Shown here: positions 47,078 to 56,400 of the stretch, piece after piece
How positions within the stretch are numbered: position 1 is the stretch's first letter
Layout of the letters: the number at the start of each line of letters is the position of its first letter
Assembly: GCA_963743395.1 (NCBI GenBank)
Contig: CAVUPV010000006.1
Location: forward strand, 71,491 to 135,490
Origin: an uncultured Alphaproteobacteria bacterium
GTDB lineage: Bacteria > Pseudomonadota > Alphaproteobacteria > Rhizobiales > Xanthobacteraceae
Direction of reading: 5' to 3'
DNA: 64,000 nt
The notes under the pieces: model-generated
Database searches by the model: none
Told to the model about the DNA's origin: nothing
The model's input: the letters and a program-made list of their open reading frames with translations, nothing else
Position numbers and translations under genes: made by a program

Positions 47078-47317
47078 GGGATTTACGCGGTGCTGGTTGC
47101 GGGCGGGAGACGTCGGGAGAGGCAGACTATAGGGCGAGGTTGGCCAGTTCAAGAATTGCAAAATCGTCCTGTTTGCCGCGCGTTTCCGGCGAAGTTCCGG
47201 CTCCTGTCACCACGGTCACCGAACGGCCGATTGCGCCAAACCGGATCGCCGCCGGCGCGACCAACGATCAGAGGCCGCCGGTAAAGCCGCCGCTTCGCTC
47301 AATCGAGGAGACGCATC

Positions 47318-47542
47318 ATGACCCGCGCCAAAATCCTTCTGATAGCAGCCGGCTGTGCAGCGACCGTCGCGACCGCCAGCCCCGCTCGCGCGCTCAACCC
47401 GCAACCGCTGCCTCCGGGCCGCACCGCGCCCACCCACGTCTTCTGCGCCAGCGGCAATCATATGCACCGCTGGTCGGCCGGCGCACTTTCAAACAAGCGC
47501 GGCGTCCGCACTGGACGCCGCGTTTTCGTTTGCGCAATCTAA
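47318..47542 (+). CDS. small secreted protein, hypothetical
   Basis: GAGGAGA RBS plus ATG. Signal peptide [25 protein letters not shown], then LNPQPLPPG. The stop abuts the tRNA-Arg 3' end. The C-terminal half is unconvincing and may be damaged. Confidence 0.4.
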   Translation: MTRAKILLIAAGCAATVATASPARALNPQPLPPGRTAPTHVFCASGNHMHRWSAGALSNKRGVRTGRRVFVCAI

Positions 47543-47619
47543 TGGCGGTCCCGGGAAGACTCGAACTTCCGACCTTCGGTTTAGGAAACCGCTGCTCTAT
47601 CCGGCTGAGCTACGGGACC
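47543..47619 (-). tRNA. tRNA-Arg (anticodon CCU)
   Basis: The minus strand reads GGTCCCGTAGCTCAGCCGGATAGAGCAGCGGTTTCCTAAACCGAAGGTCGGAAGTTCGAGTCTTCCCGGGACCGCCA. Clover-leaf with anticodon loop TTCCTAA, GGAAGTTCGAGTCTTCC T-arm, and an encoded CCA. Confidence 0.9.
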
Positions 47620-47704
47620 ACGCGCGCTACACCGCGCGAACTGCGCGTGTCGTTCGCAACCGCGTTCCTATAGCATAGGCGAGGCTGCGAATGCAGGCGC
47701 CGCG

Positions 47705-48669
47705 GTGCCGCGCATTCCGGTTTTTGGCTTGATGCGCACGGGCTGGCGCGACGGAATTTTTGCCGGAATTATTTTGGCGGCCGCGATCACGGCGGCGTGC
47801 GGATGCTTCGGCCCGGCGGCGGCGCAGACGGCGCAAGCTTCGCCTCTCTGCGGCGGCGAAGAACTCACCCGTGGCACCGTCAGCCGCGTCATCGACGGCC
47901 GCACCTTCCTGCTCGGCGACGGCCGTGAAGTCCGTCTCGCCGCGATCGAAGTTCCGCTGCTGCAGGCGCCGCAAAGCTCCCGCCAAGACGCCGGCCAAGA
48001 GTTCGAGCCAAAAGTCCAGCGCGGTGCCGGACAACGGCGCGGCCAGATGCGCACAGGACGCGCTGGCCGCGCTCGCCGAAGGCGATCAGGTTTTGCTGCG
48101 GCGGGCGGAAGCGGCAGCGGATCGCTACGGCCGCCTCCTCGCTTATGCCTATACCGAGCGCGACGGCGACGAGCTGTTCGTCCAGGGCGAATTGATCGGG
48201 TCCGCTTTGGCAGGGTCGGCGATCGCATCGGCGGCCGCGCCTGCGCCACGGACCTGCTCAAACGCGAGAATGCCGCTCGGACCGCCAAGCTTGGCCTCTG
48301 GGCCGATCCGTATTATGAGGTGCTCGACGCCGAGATCACCGCGGATGTACTGGCGCATCGAGGCCGATTTGCGCTGATCGAGGGCCGGGTGGTTTCCGTG
48401 CGTGAAAGCGGGGCCACGATCTACGTGAATTTCGGGCGGCATTGGTCCGAGGATTTTACGGTTACGGTCCTGAAACGAAACGAGCGCAATTTCGCGGCGG
48501 CTGGCCTCGATTTGAAGAGCCTTGAGGGCCGGCGCATCCGGGTCCGCGGCTGGGTCGACGGCGCGGCGGTCCAGGGGGCGACAACGGGGTTCCGGGCGGC
48601 GTTACAGCCGGCGTGCCCTGGATCGAGGCGGCGCGACCCGAGCAGATCGAGATCGCCGAAAGCCAATGA
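47705..48669 (+). pseudogene. secreted thermonuclease (SNase-like) family protein, at least 3 frameshifts
   Basis: Signal and N-terminus (GIILAAAITAACG..VSRVIDGRTFLLGDGREVRLAAIEVP) are in frame 2. ALAALAEGDQVLLRRAEAAADRYGRLLAYAY..LFVQGELI is in frame 0. GRACATDLLKRENAARTAKLGLWADPYYEVL..IYVNFGRHWSEDFTVTV..RIRVRGWV is back in frame 2. The end VPWIEAARPEQIEIAESQ* is in frame 1 (TGA 48667-69). Confidence 0.7.
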
Positions 48670-48707
48670 CAGCGACAAAACGATGGCGAGTGCAGTGACT
48701 GGGTGAC

Positions 48708-50201
48708 GTGGTGAGACGGGGACGTTTGGACATCGCCGGCTATCGGCTCCTGCAAGCGGGCGTCGCGTTCGCGGCGCTGGTGCTTGCCGCCTGCACCGCG
48801 TCGCCTCCAGCGCTTGCGCCACAAGCGTCGCTGTCGGGGCCGGCCAAACAGGCCGAAACGCCGGTGGCGCCCGACGTGTTGCGCGAGCACCAGCGCATCC
48901 TCGCCACCTATGGCGGCGTCTATAACGACCCCCGCCTGCAGGCCGTGATCGAGCAGACCGTCGAGCGCCTGGTAGCTGCGTCGGAAAAACCCGACCTGCA
49001 TTACAAAGTCACCATGCTCAATTCGCAGTCGGTCAACGCCTTCGCATTGCCGAGCGGCCAGCTCTACGTGACGCGAGGACTGATCGCGCTGGCCAACGAC
49101 GATTCGGAGCTCGCTTCAGTGCTGGCGCATGAGATGGGACACGTCATCGCCCGTCACGCCGAGCTGCGCGAGGAGCAGGCGCGCGAAGCCGACCTTGTCA
49201 ACCGCGTCGTGACCGACGTCGTCACCGATCCGGCGGCCGGCGCCATGGCGCTCGCCAAATCGAAACTCGCGCTGGCGAGTTTTTCGCGGTCGCAAGAATT
49301 CGAGGCGGACGCCATCGGCATCGGCATCGCCTCACGCGCCGGTTACGATCCGTACGGCGCGGTGCGCTTCCTCACCGCGATGGAGCAGAACTCCGATCTC
49401 AAGCCGGAGCAGTCGAGCGCCATCAATCCGGCCGCGGCCGACTTCCTCTCATCGCATCCGGCGACGCCAGAGCGCATCACGCAAGCGCTCGCCAATGCCC
49501 GCCAGTACCGTGCACCCGCCGACGGCGGACAGGATCTGGCGCAGGCCAAAGCGGCCTATCTCGGCGACATCGACGGCATGGTCTATGGCGAGGATCCGAG
49601 CGAAGGTTTTGTGCGCGGCCGGCGCTTCCTGCATCCCAAGCTCGGCTTCACCTTTACCGCGCCGGACGGCTTCACTCTCGACAATACGGCGCAGGCCGTG
49701 CTCGGGATCAAGCACGGTGGCGGCGAAGCATTGCGGCTCGACGTGGTGCGGGTGCCGGCGGAGCAGACGCTCGCGGAATACCTGACCTCCGGTTGGATCG
49801 AGAATATCGACCCGGCGACGGTCGAGGACATCACCGTGAACGGCTTTCCCGGCGCCACCGCGGCGGCAAAGGGCGACCAATGGGACTTCCGGCTTTACGC
49901 CATCCGCTTCGGCAGCGACGTTTACCGCTTCATCTTCGCCGCCAAGCGCCGCTCACCCGACAGCGATCGCGCCTTTCGTGAATCGATCGGCACGTTCCGC
50001 CGCATGAGCATCGCCGAGATCGAAGCGGCGAAGCCACTCCGGCTCAAGGTCGTCACCGTCGCGCCGGGCGATACGGTGGATAGGCTGGCGGGCAAAATGG
50101 CCGTCGCCGACCATGCGGCTGAGCGTTTTCGCGTGCTTAACGGGCTGGGGCCGGCCGACCGGCTAAAACCCGGCAGCGCCGTTAAGATCGTCGTGGAATA
50201 G
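48708..50201 (+). CDS. M48-family zinc metalloprotease lipoprotein with a C-terminal LysM domain
   Basis: Lipobox ALVLAAC. Zinc motif LAHEMGHVIARH. C-terminal LysM-like: VVTVAPGDTVDRLAGKMAV..RFRVLNGLGPADRLKPGSAVKIV. Confidence 0.9.
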   Translation: MVRRGRLDIAGYRLLQAGVAFAALVLAACTASPPALAPQASLSGPAKQAETPVAPDVLREHQRILATYGGVYNDPRLQAVIEQTVERLVAASEKPDLHYKVTMLNSQSVNAFALPSGQLYVTRGLIALANDDSELASVLAHEMGHVIARHAELREEQAREADLVNRVVTDVVTDPAAGAMALAKSKLALASFSRSQEFEADAIGIGIASRAGYDPYGAVRFLTAMEQNSDLKPEQSSAINPAAADFLSSHPATPERITQALANARQYRAPADGGQDLAQAKAAYLGDIDGMVYGEDPSEGFVRGRRFLHPKLGFTFTAPDGFTLDNTAQAVLGIKHGGGEALRLDVVRVPAEQTLAEYLTSGWIENIDPATVEDITVNGFPGATAAAKGDQWDFRLYAIRFGSDVYRFIFAAKRRSPDSDRAFRESIGTFRRMSIAEIEAAKPLRLKVVTVAPGDTVDRLAGKMAVADHAAERFRVLNGLGPADRLKPGSAVKIVVE

Positions 50202-50248
50202 GCTTAAGCCCCGATTTTCGGCTATTTGCCCGGGGCATCGCCTCCGTT

Positions 50249-50659
50249 ATGCTGCGGCCAAAGGGCCGCAACAGGCCCGGGGGGAAAGCTGTGGAGATAC
50301 TGAAACGGGCGGTGCCCGTCACCGTGGCGCTGGCGGTCGTATCGGCGGTGACGCTGGTGCTTTGGTATTTCAAGCTGGCGACGTTCGGACCCGAGCATCC
50401 GGTATTCCTGTATCTGCTGCCTATCGCCATCGTGACAATTCTCTACGGCAGCTGGCCGGCGTTGCTCGGCGTCTTCACCGCGGTCGCAGCCGCCGACTTC
50501 TTTCTTTACGATCCGATTTACAGCTTTGCCATCGACACCCGGGTCGAGGCCGGCGATCTGGCCTGCTTCACCTTTTTGGCCCTGATCGGCGTCAAATGCG
50601 CGACCGAGCTTTTCCACCCAGCCGTGAGATTTCCTGCGCCGAAATCGCGCTACGACTGA
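50249..50659 (+). CDS. stand-alone DUF4118-like membrane domain protein
   Basis: 3-4 TM segments: PVFLYLLPIAIVTILYGSWPALLGVFTAVAAADFFLYDP..GDLACFTFLALIG, resembling the KdpD-type sensor membrane domain. The likely start is the GTG at 50291 after GGGGGGAAAG. Confidence 0.6.
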   Translation: MLRPKGRNRPGGKAVEILKRAVPVTVALAVVSAVTLVLWYFKLATFGPEHPVFLYLLPIAIVTILYGSWPALLGVFTAVAAADFFLYDPIYSFAIDTRVEAGDLACFTFLALIGVKCATELFHPAVRFPAPKSRYD

Positions 50660-50671
50660 ACCTGAAATCGA

Positions 50672-51466
50672 TCAGAACTGCGACGCCAGCTGATCGAGCC
50701 CCATGACGTGGGCGATGTTGCGCACTTCGTCCTTTTGCTCGGCATTGAAACTGAGGATCAGCGGCACCGCCGCGGATTTCAGTCCCTGCACCGTATCCGG
50801 ATCGACGGCGGCGGCCTGCTCGTTGCCGGCGGGTGCACTATGCGCGCGCGCTTCTTGGGCGTGCAGATAGGCCATGTTGCGCAGCGCCGCCTCGACCGCC
50901 GGCCACATCTCTTCCTGGTCCGGCGTCAGGTGCAGCCGTTCCTTGATGCTGGCGATCTGCGCATCGTCGAGCATGTAGCCCGGCCGATTGACGACGTGGC
51001 GATGCACCGCGGCAACGGCTTTGGCTTCGCTCGGCGCCCGCGCCGTTACCGGCCGCGGCAGTGCTGCGTCATTGACGATTGGCGCAGCCGAGCCGGGAAG
51101 CTGCAGCGCCGCGGTTTGCACGGGTGCTGGAAGAGCCGCATCCGGCGCGGCTTGCTGATCGGCTTGCGAAATCGTTTGTGGAACGATGGGCCGCGGATTG
51201 AGCAGCGCGACTTGCGCGTCGTTCGCGGTGTCCGTCGCGCGGGCATTCATCGCCGACGTCAAAGCGGCCGGGGCGATTTGCACCGCCCCATTGTCCCAAT
51301 GGCCCGGGAAGCGCAGCGCGACAATTTCGGCAGCCGATATATCGGTGGTACGCAAAGCGGTGGTATTGACGCCGCCGATCACACAACCGATGCCGCCGGC
51401 CAGAAGAATTGGAACCACGCCCAATGAAGCCACACGGCCGCGCTTGTGCGTGTTCTGCCGCCGCAT
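50672..51466 (-). CDS. membrane-anchored hypothetical protein with a CpxP/Spy-like LTPxQ C-terminal region
   Basis: N-terminal TM segment (VASLGVVPILLAGGIGCVIGGV), a low-complexity linker, and a C-terminus IKERLHLTPDQEEMWPAVEAAL..SFNAEQKDEV. Confidence 0.5.
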   Translation of the reverse strand: MRRQNTHKRGRVASLGVVPILLAGGIGCVIGGVNTTALRTTDISAAEIVALRFPGHWDNGAVQIAPAALTSAMNARATDTANDAQVALLNPRPIVPQTISQADQQAAPDAALPAPVQTAALQLPGSAAPIVNDAALPRPVTARAPSEAKAVAAVHRHVVNRPGYMLDDAQIASIKERLHLTPDQEEMWPAVEAALRNMAYLHAQEARAHSAPAGNEQAAAVDPDTVQGLKSAAVPLILSFNAEQKDEVRNIAHVMGLDQLASQF

Positions 51467-51639
51467 GTCCGCCGCCCCCGGTTTTTCGTCCCGCTACGCC
51501 CTGCTCTTTCCTTTCAAATGAAGCTTAATTTATGGCTAAGCATGGGCATGATCTGGACAAAGGGGGACCGGCCTTTCGGGGAGATCAGGTCCCGGAAAAT
51601 CCGTCCGTGCGAGCGACGTGGCGCGATGCGTTGAAACAA

Positions 51640-51669
51640 CGAAAAAGGCCCGGCATCACTGCCGGGCCT
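51640..51669 (-). terminator. Rho-independent terminator downstream of carD
   Basis: Perfect 10-bp stem AGGCCCGGCA-tcac-TGCCGGGCCT, followed on the minus strand by TTTTTC. It lies 26 nt after the carD stop. Confidence 0.65.
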
Positions 51670-51694
51670 TTGCATTGTTTCGACGAGCGAAGCG

Positions 51695-52468
51695 TTAGGC
51701 CGCCTCTTCCTCGACAACGGCTTCGTCTTCCGTCTCGGACTTCGGACCGCGGCGCGGTCCCTTGGCGAGCGCCGCTTCGATCTCCTTGATCGCTTCGGTC
51801 TCGGTAATCCGCTGCACGGCGGAGACTTCGCGCGACAACCGGTCGAGCGCCGCTTCATAGAGTTGACGCTCGGAATAGGACTGCTCCGGCTGCGTCTCCG
51901 AACGATAGAGATCGCGAACCACTTCGGCGATGGCGACGATATCGCCGGAATTGATCTTGGCCTCGTATTCCTGCGCGCGCCGCGACCACATGGTGCGCTT
52001 GATGCGGGCGCGGCCCTTGAGCGTCTCGAGCGCGCGCTTGACCAGCGGCGTCTCGGCAAGCTTGCGCATGCCGACCGACGTCACTTTCGACGTCGGCACT
52101 CGCAGCGTCATCTTGTCCTTGACGAAATTGATGACAAACAGCTCAAGCCGCGCGCCGGCGACTTCCTGCTCCTCGATAGAGATGATCTGGCCGACGCCGT
52201 GCGCCGGATAGACGATGAATTCGTGAGTCTTGAAGCCTTGTCGTTGAGTAGTCTTCTTTGCATTCACCAAAGTTGCTCCTTCCGGCTCCGGCTTGCGCCG
52301 AGCGGGCTTCGCCGCGCCGACCCGGCTTCGCGCCGCTGTCCGCGTGGACTGTGAGGGCCTCCGGCTCGCGCGGGAGGAGGTTTTTGTTGCCTTCCGGCTC
52401 ATGCCGGCCGCACTTTTCTTCGATCGACGACGAGTTTTCTCTGCCACTGCTCTCGCGTGGATGTTCAC
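51695..52468 (-). CDS. carD: CarD/CdnL-family RNA-polymerase-binding transcription factor with a basic N-terminal extension
   Basis: Core: FKTHEFIVYPAHGVGQIISIEEQEVAGARLELFVINF..MTLRVPTSKV..WSRRAQEYEAKINSGDIVAIAEVVRDLYR. It is preceded by about 85 aa rich in K/R/S/T/A. An alternative start is M23. Confidence 0.85.
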   Translation of the reverse strand: MNIHARAVAEKTRRRSKKSAAGMSRKATKTSSRASRRPSQSTRTAARSRVGAAKPARRKPEPEGATLVNAKKTTQRQGFKTHEFIVYPAHGVGQIISIEEQEVAGARLELFVINFVKDKMTLRVPTSKVTSVGMRKLAETPLVKRALETLKGRARIKRTMWSRRAQEYEAKINSGDIVAIAEVVRDLYRSETQPEQSYSERQLYEAALDRLSREVSAVQRITETEAIKEIEAALAKGPRRGPKSETEDEAVVEEEAA

Positions 52469-52499
52469 GCCTCTTTTGACGGTTCCTCGGAAACCTCCC

Positions 52500-52535
52500 G
52501 AAAAAATATGCTCCCGGGCTTTGGGAGCAGCATAT
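52500..52535 (-). terminator. intrinsic terminator-like hairpin plus U-tract in the fdxA-carD spacer
   Basis: The minus strand reads AUAUGCUGCUCCC-aaagccc-GGGAGCAUAU followed by UUUUUU. Confidence 0.55.
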
Positions 52536-52562
52536 CGGGGGTGTTGTTCATTTTATTTGCGC

Positions 52563-52590
52563 TATATAGCACATTTTCGGCCAAAATCAA
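52563..52590 (-). promoter_or_regulatory. candidate sigma-70-type promoter (TTGATT-N16-TATATA) reading toward the hairpin and carD
   Basis: Minus-strand hexamers at 52590-52585 and 52568-52563, in a locally AT-rich stretch. Confidence 0.3.
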
Positions 52591-52678
52591 AGCCTTAAGC
52601 CTTGCGAAAGCGTCGCAGCAGGCCCGCCGCAGGCCGGATTGCTTAACAATGGTTAATATCTACAACCACTAAGTGCAA

Positions 52679-53017
52679 TTAATCGCCGGTACCCGGTTCG
52701 GCCGAGAAGTGCTCTTCGAACTTGTTGGCGACGCCCTCCCACTCCTTGGCGTCGGCCGGGGGCGCTTTCTTGGCGGTGATATTCGGCCAGGTTTTGGCGT
52801 ATTCGGCGTTGATGCCAAGCCACTTTTCGACCCCCGGCTCTGTATCTGGTTTGATCGCGTCAACCGGGCATTCCGGCTCGCATACGCCGCAATCGATGCA
52901 TTCGTCGGGATGGATGACCAACATGTTCTCGCCCTCGTAGAAGCAATCCACGGGGCAGACTTCGACGCAGTCCATGTATTTGCATTTGATGCAATTGTCG
53001 TTGACGATATAGGTCAT
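52679..53017 (-). CDS. fdxA: 7Fe ferredoxin (3Fe-4S + 4Fe-4S), FdxA type
   Basis: [55 protein letters not shown], the canonical Azotobacter-type FdI. Start at 53017. Confidence 0.95.
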   Translation of the reverse strand: MTYIVNDNCIKCKYMDCVEVCPVDCFYEGENMLVIHPDECIDCGVCEPECPVDAIKPDTEPGVEKWLGINAEYAKTWPNITAKKAPPADAKEWEGVANKFEEHFSAEPGTGD

Positions 53018-53110
53018 CTGCACACTCTGAACGGGCTTTTTAGAAGCCTTGCTCCTATCGCATGGGTCCCGGCCACGCAAGATACGGGCAACCCTGGCGC
53101 GGAGGCGGTT

Positions 53111-53485
53111 TTATTCGATATCTTGATAGAGCGACACGGCGGCGCCGGCCGAACCCCGCCGCTCGGCAAATCCCAGGACCTTCAGCACCCGCACGCGGCG
53201 GTCGAGCGCCACCGTGATCACATCGCCCGTCCGCACCATGCGGCCCGGCGCTTCGATCCGCGCGCCGTTGATACGGACATAGCCGGCGCCGGCCAACGCC
53301 GCGGCATCGCCGCGCGTGCGGACCAGCCGGGCATGCCATAGCCAGCGATCGATGCGCTGGCGTTCCGGCTCGGCCGACAGGCCGCGATCACTTGCACGAT
53401 CATTTAACAGTGCATCCATCGGCGCGCGGCGATGGTGGTGGAGCATGATCTTTTCGGAAAACCGGCTGCGACTTTTCCGGATCAT
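53111..53485 (-). CDS. RNA-binding S4 domain protein (Hsp15-like)
   Basis: Sequence: QRIDRWLWHARLVRTRGDAAALAGAGYVRINGARIEAPGRMVRTGDVITV. The start is uncertain. Confidence 0.8.
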   Translation of the reverse strand: MIRKSRSRFSEKIMLHHHRRAPMDALLNDRASDRGLSAEPERQRIDRWLWHARLVRTRGDAAALAGAGYVRINGARIEAPGRMVRTGDVITVALDRRVRVLKVLGFAERRGSAGAAVSLYQDIE

Positions 53486-53488
53486 GCC

Positions 53489-56400
53489 CTAGCGTCGCTC
53501 CTTGGCGTCAGCCTCGAGCTGAGCCTTCAATGCGGCGAGCTCGGCGAACGGCGAATTCGGATCGGGCGCCTTCTCCCGCCGCTCGAAGCGTTTAACCGGC
53601 GCATGGTCGCGCTGCGGACGCTCGCGCCGCTCATGTCGCTCATGTCGCTCGTGTCGCCCTTGTCGCTCTTGGCGATGCTCGCCTCTGCGGCGGTGACGGG
53701 AATGCCGCGATTTTTGCTCCGCCGGACTGGGGGAAGCTTCGGCTGGCTCGGGCTGAAGGCGCCGGCGGTACCGCGGCTTCGCCGGCCGGAGCCGCCGCGA
53801 CGCGTTTCTTCGGTGCGTGTCGGCGCCGTTCGCCTGCCGCCGTCCTTGCCCGTTTCGCGGCGAGTTGGGGCGCGACCGCCGGCGTCCTTCCGGCCGCCCA
53901 GCTCGCCCTGGCCGCCAGACCTCAATCATCTCCGGCTCCGCAGTCGCGGCGAGAGGTTCGGAGGCAGGCGTCTCCGCCGGCGCGGCGGCCGGAGCGGTCT
54001 CGGGACTAGCGGTCAGAGATTCCGGCGCCGGTTGCAGCGCCTCTTCGACTACGGTCGCGTCGGTGACGTCGATCTGTTGGTCGCCGCTCGCCGGGAGGGC
54101 GTCGGCATCGGGCGGAGTTTCTCCGCTTGCCGGTTCGGCGACAGCCGGTTCAGCGACAGCCGGCTCGGCTTGCGGTCGTTTTGCTTCTTGCGGTTTCGGC
54201 CGGCGCTCCATGCGATAGCCGAGCGAGCGCAGGATCGAAGCGAAATCTTCGCCGGACGCGCCGCTCAATGACGTCATGCCGTTGACGACGGTAAAACCGC
54301 CGCCGGCGACGGCGCCCGGCGGCTTCGGCCCCGCCGCGCCTTCGCGCCACGACAAAGCAGGACGGATCAGATCGGCGAGCCGCTCCAAAATATCGACGCG
54401 CACGGCGCGCTCGCCGCACACCCGGTAACCGGCGGTGCGATAGAGCACGGCATCGATCGTGCTGTCGGTCGGGATCGAAGTGCGGCCGGAACCGGCGAGC
54501 TGCAACAGCGCCTCGGTCTGGGTTCGCGACCCGTCGTGGCGAAGCGCCCACAATTGCAAGGCAAGAGCGCGCGGCGCCGGCTTGAGCAAACCGGGAAGAT
54601 AGATGTGGTAGGCGCCGAACCGCACGCCGTATTTGCGCAAGCTCGCGCGGGCCGGCTGTTCGAGGCCCTTCACCTCGTCGGCGACGCGCTGCCGGTCGAG
54701 CACGCCAAGCGCCTCGACCAGTTGAAACGCGACCCCGCGTGCCATGCCGGTGACGTCCTCGGCCGCCGCCAATTGGCTCAATGGACCGAGCAAATTGTCG
54801 ATGTGGGATTTGACGAAGGCGGCAAGACGCGTCTCCACGGCGTCGCGCGGCGCGCCGGTCAGAGGCTCGTCGGCGACCAGACGCACGCGCGGATGCAACA
54901 CTTCCTCGCCGGCATAGAGCTTGCCTACCGCGGCTCCGGTCCAGCGCAGCGTCCCGTCGCTGGCGAGCACGAGTTGCTCGTCCCGCGCCTCGGCAAGCCG
55001 CACGGCGCGCGCGGCAATTTCGCCGACCAGCGCCTTCTGCGCGGCATTCTGCAGCGTCTTGGCTTCCGACCCGCCGGAGGATGAATCCGGCACGAAGACA
55101 AAGCCGTCGAGCCGGCCAATGACGTGGCCCTCGACCACGACCTCGCCGGTCTTGTTGAATTCGGGATCGAAGGTGGCGTTCTCGCGCAGCCGCCGCATCA
55201 ATACGCTGGTGCGGCGATCGACGAAGCGCTCGGTGAGACGCTCATGCAGCGCGTCCGACAACCGGTCCTCGACGGCGCGTGCCACGCCCTGCCAGTGCTC
55301 CGGATCGGCAAGCCAGTCCGGACGGTTCGCCGCATAAGTCCAGGTGCGGATATGGGCGATGCGGGTGGAAAGCGTATCGATATCGCCGTCGGTGCGATCC
55401 GCCGTGGCGATCTGATGGGCGAACCAGTCGGTCTTGATCGCACCGTCGCGCTGCAGAAAGCCGTACAGCGTGACCACCAACTCGGCATGGTTCGCCGGCG
55501 CGATCTTGCGATAGTCGGGAAGCTGGCAGACGTCCCATAGCCGTTCGACGTCGGCGCCTGTTGTCATCATGCCGCGCAAGTCGTCGTCGCGCGCCGCGTG
55601 ATCGAGCACCAGAATGTCCTCAGCGACCGGCGCGCGGGCCAACGCGCTTTCGGTCGGCGCCATGGCAAGCGTCGCCTGCAAGGCGCCGACCGAGGAGAAA
55701 TCGAGGTCGGAATTGCGCCATTGCACGAGCTTGACCGGCTCGAACGTGTGGCTTTCCAGCGCCTGCACCAGTTCGGGCTCGAACGGCGGACAGCGGCCGC
55801 TGGTGCCGAATGTACCGTCGCGCATGGCGCGGCCGGCGCGGCCGGCGATCTGGGCCATTTCCGCAGGGTTGAGCTTGCGGAACTGGTAGCCGTCGAATTT
55901 GCGGTCGGAGGCAAAAGCGATGTGATCGACGTCGAGATTAAGCCCCATGCCAATGGCGTCGGTCGCCACCAGGTAATCGACCTGGCCCGACTGATAGAGC
56001 TCGACCTGCGCATTGCGGGTGCGCGGCGACAAAGCGCCGAGCACGACGGCGGCGCCGCCGCGCTGGCGGCGGATCAATTCGGCGATGGCGTAAACTTCAT
56101 CGGCCGAGAACACGACGATGGCGGAGCGGCGCGGCAACCGCGTCAGCTTCTTCTCGCCGGCAAAGGTAAGCTGCGACAGCCGCGGGCGGCTGACAATGCT
56201 GGCGCCGGGCAAAAGCCGCTCGACTATCGGCTTCATGGTGGCGGCGCCAAGCACCAACGTCTCTTCGCGGCCGCGCCGGTGCAGCATGCGGTCGGTGAAG
56301 ACGTGGCCGCGCTCGAAATCGGCGGCGAGCTGAATCTCGTCGATGGCCAGGAAAGCGACGTCGAGATCGCGCGGCATCGCCTCGACGGTGGCGACCCAGA

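Noticed and set aside
52643-52656. CtrA-box-like TTAA-N6-TTAA upstream of fdxA's stop region.
   Set aside because: The spacing is 6 rather than the required 7, and the location is downstream of a gene rather than in a promoter.
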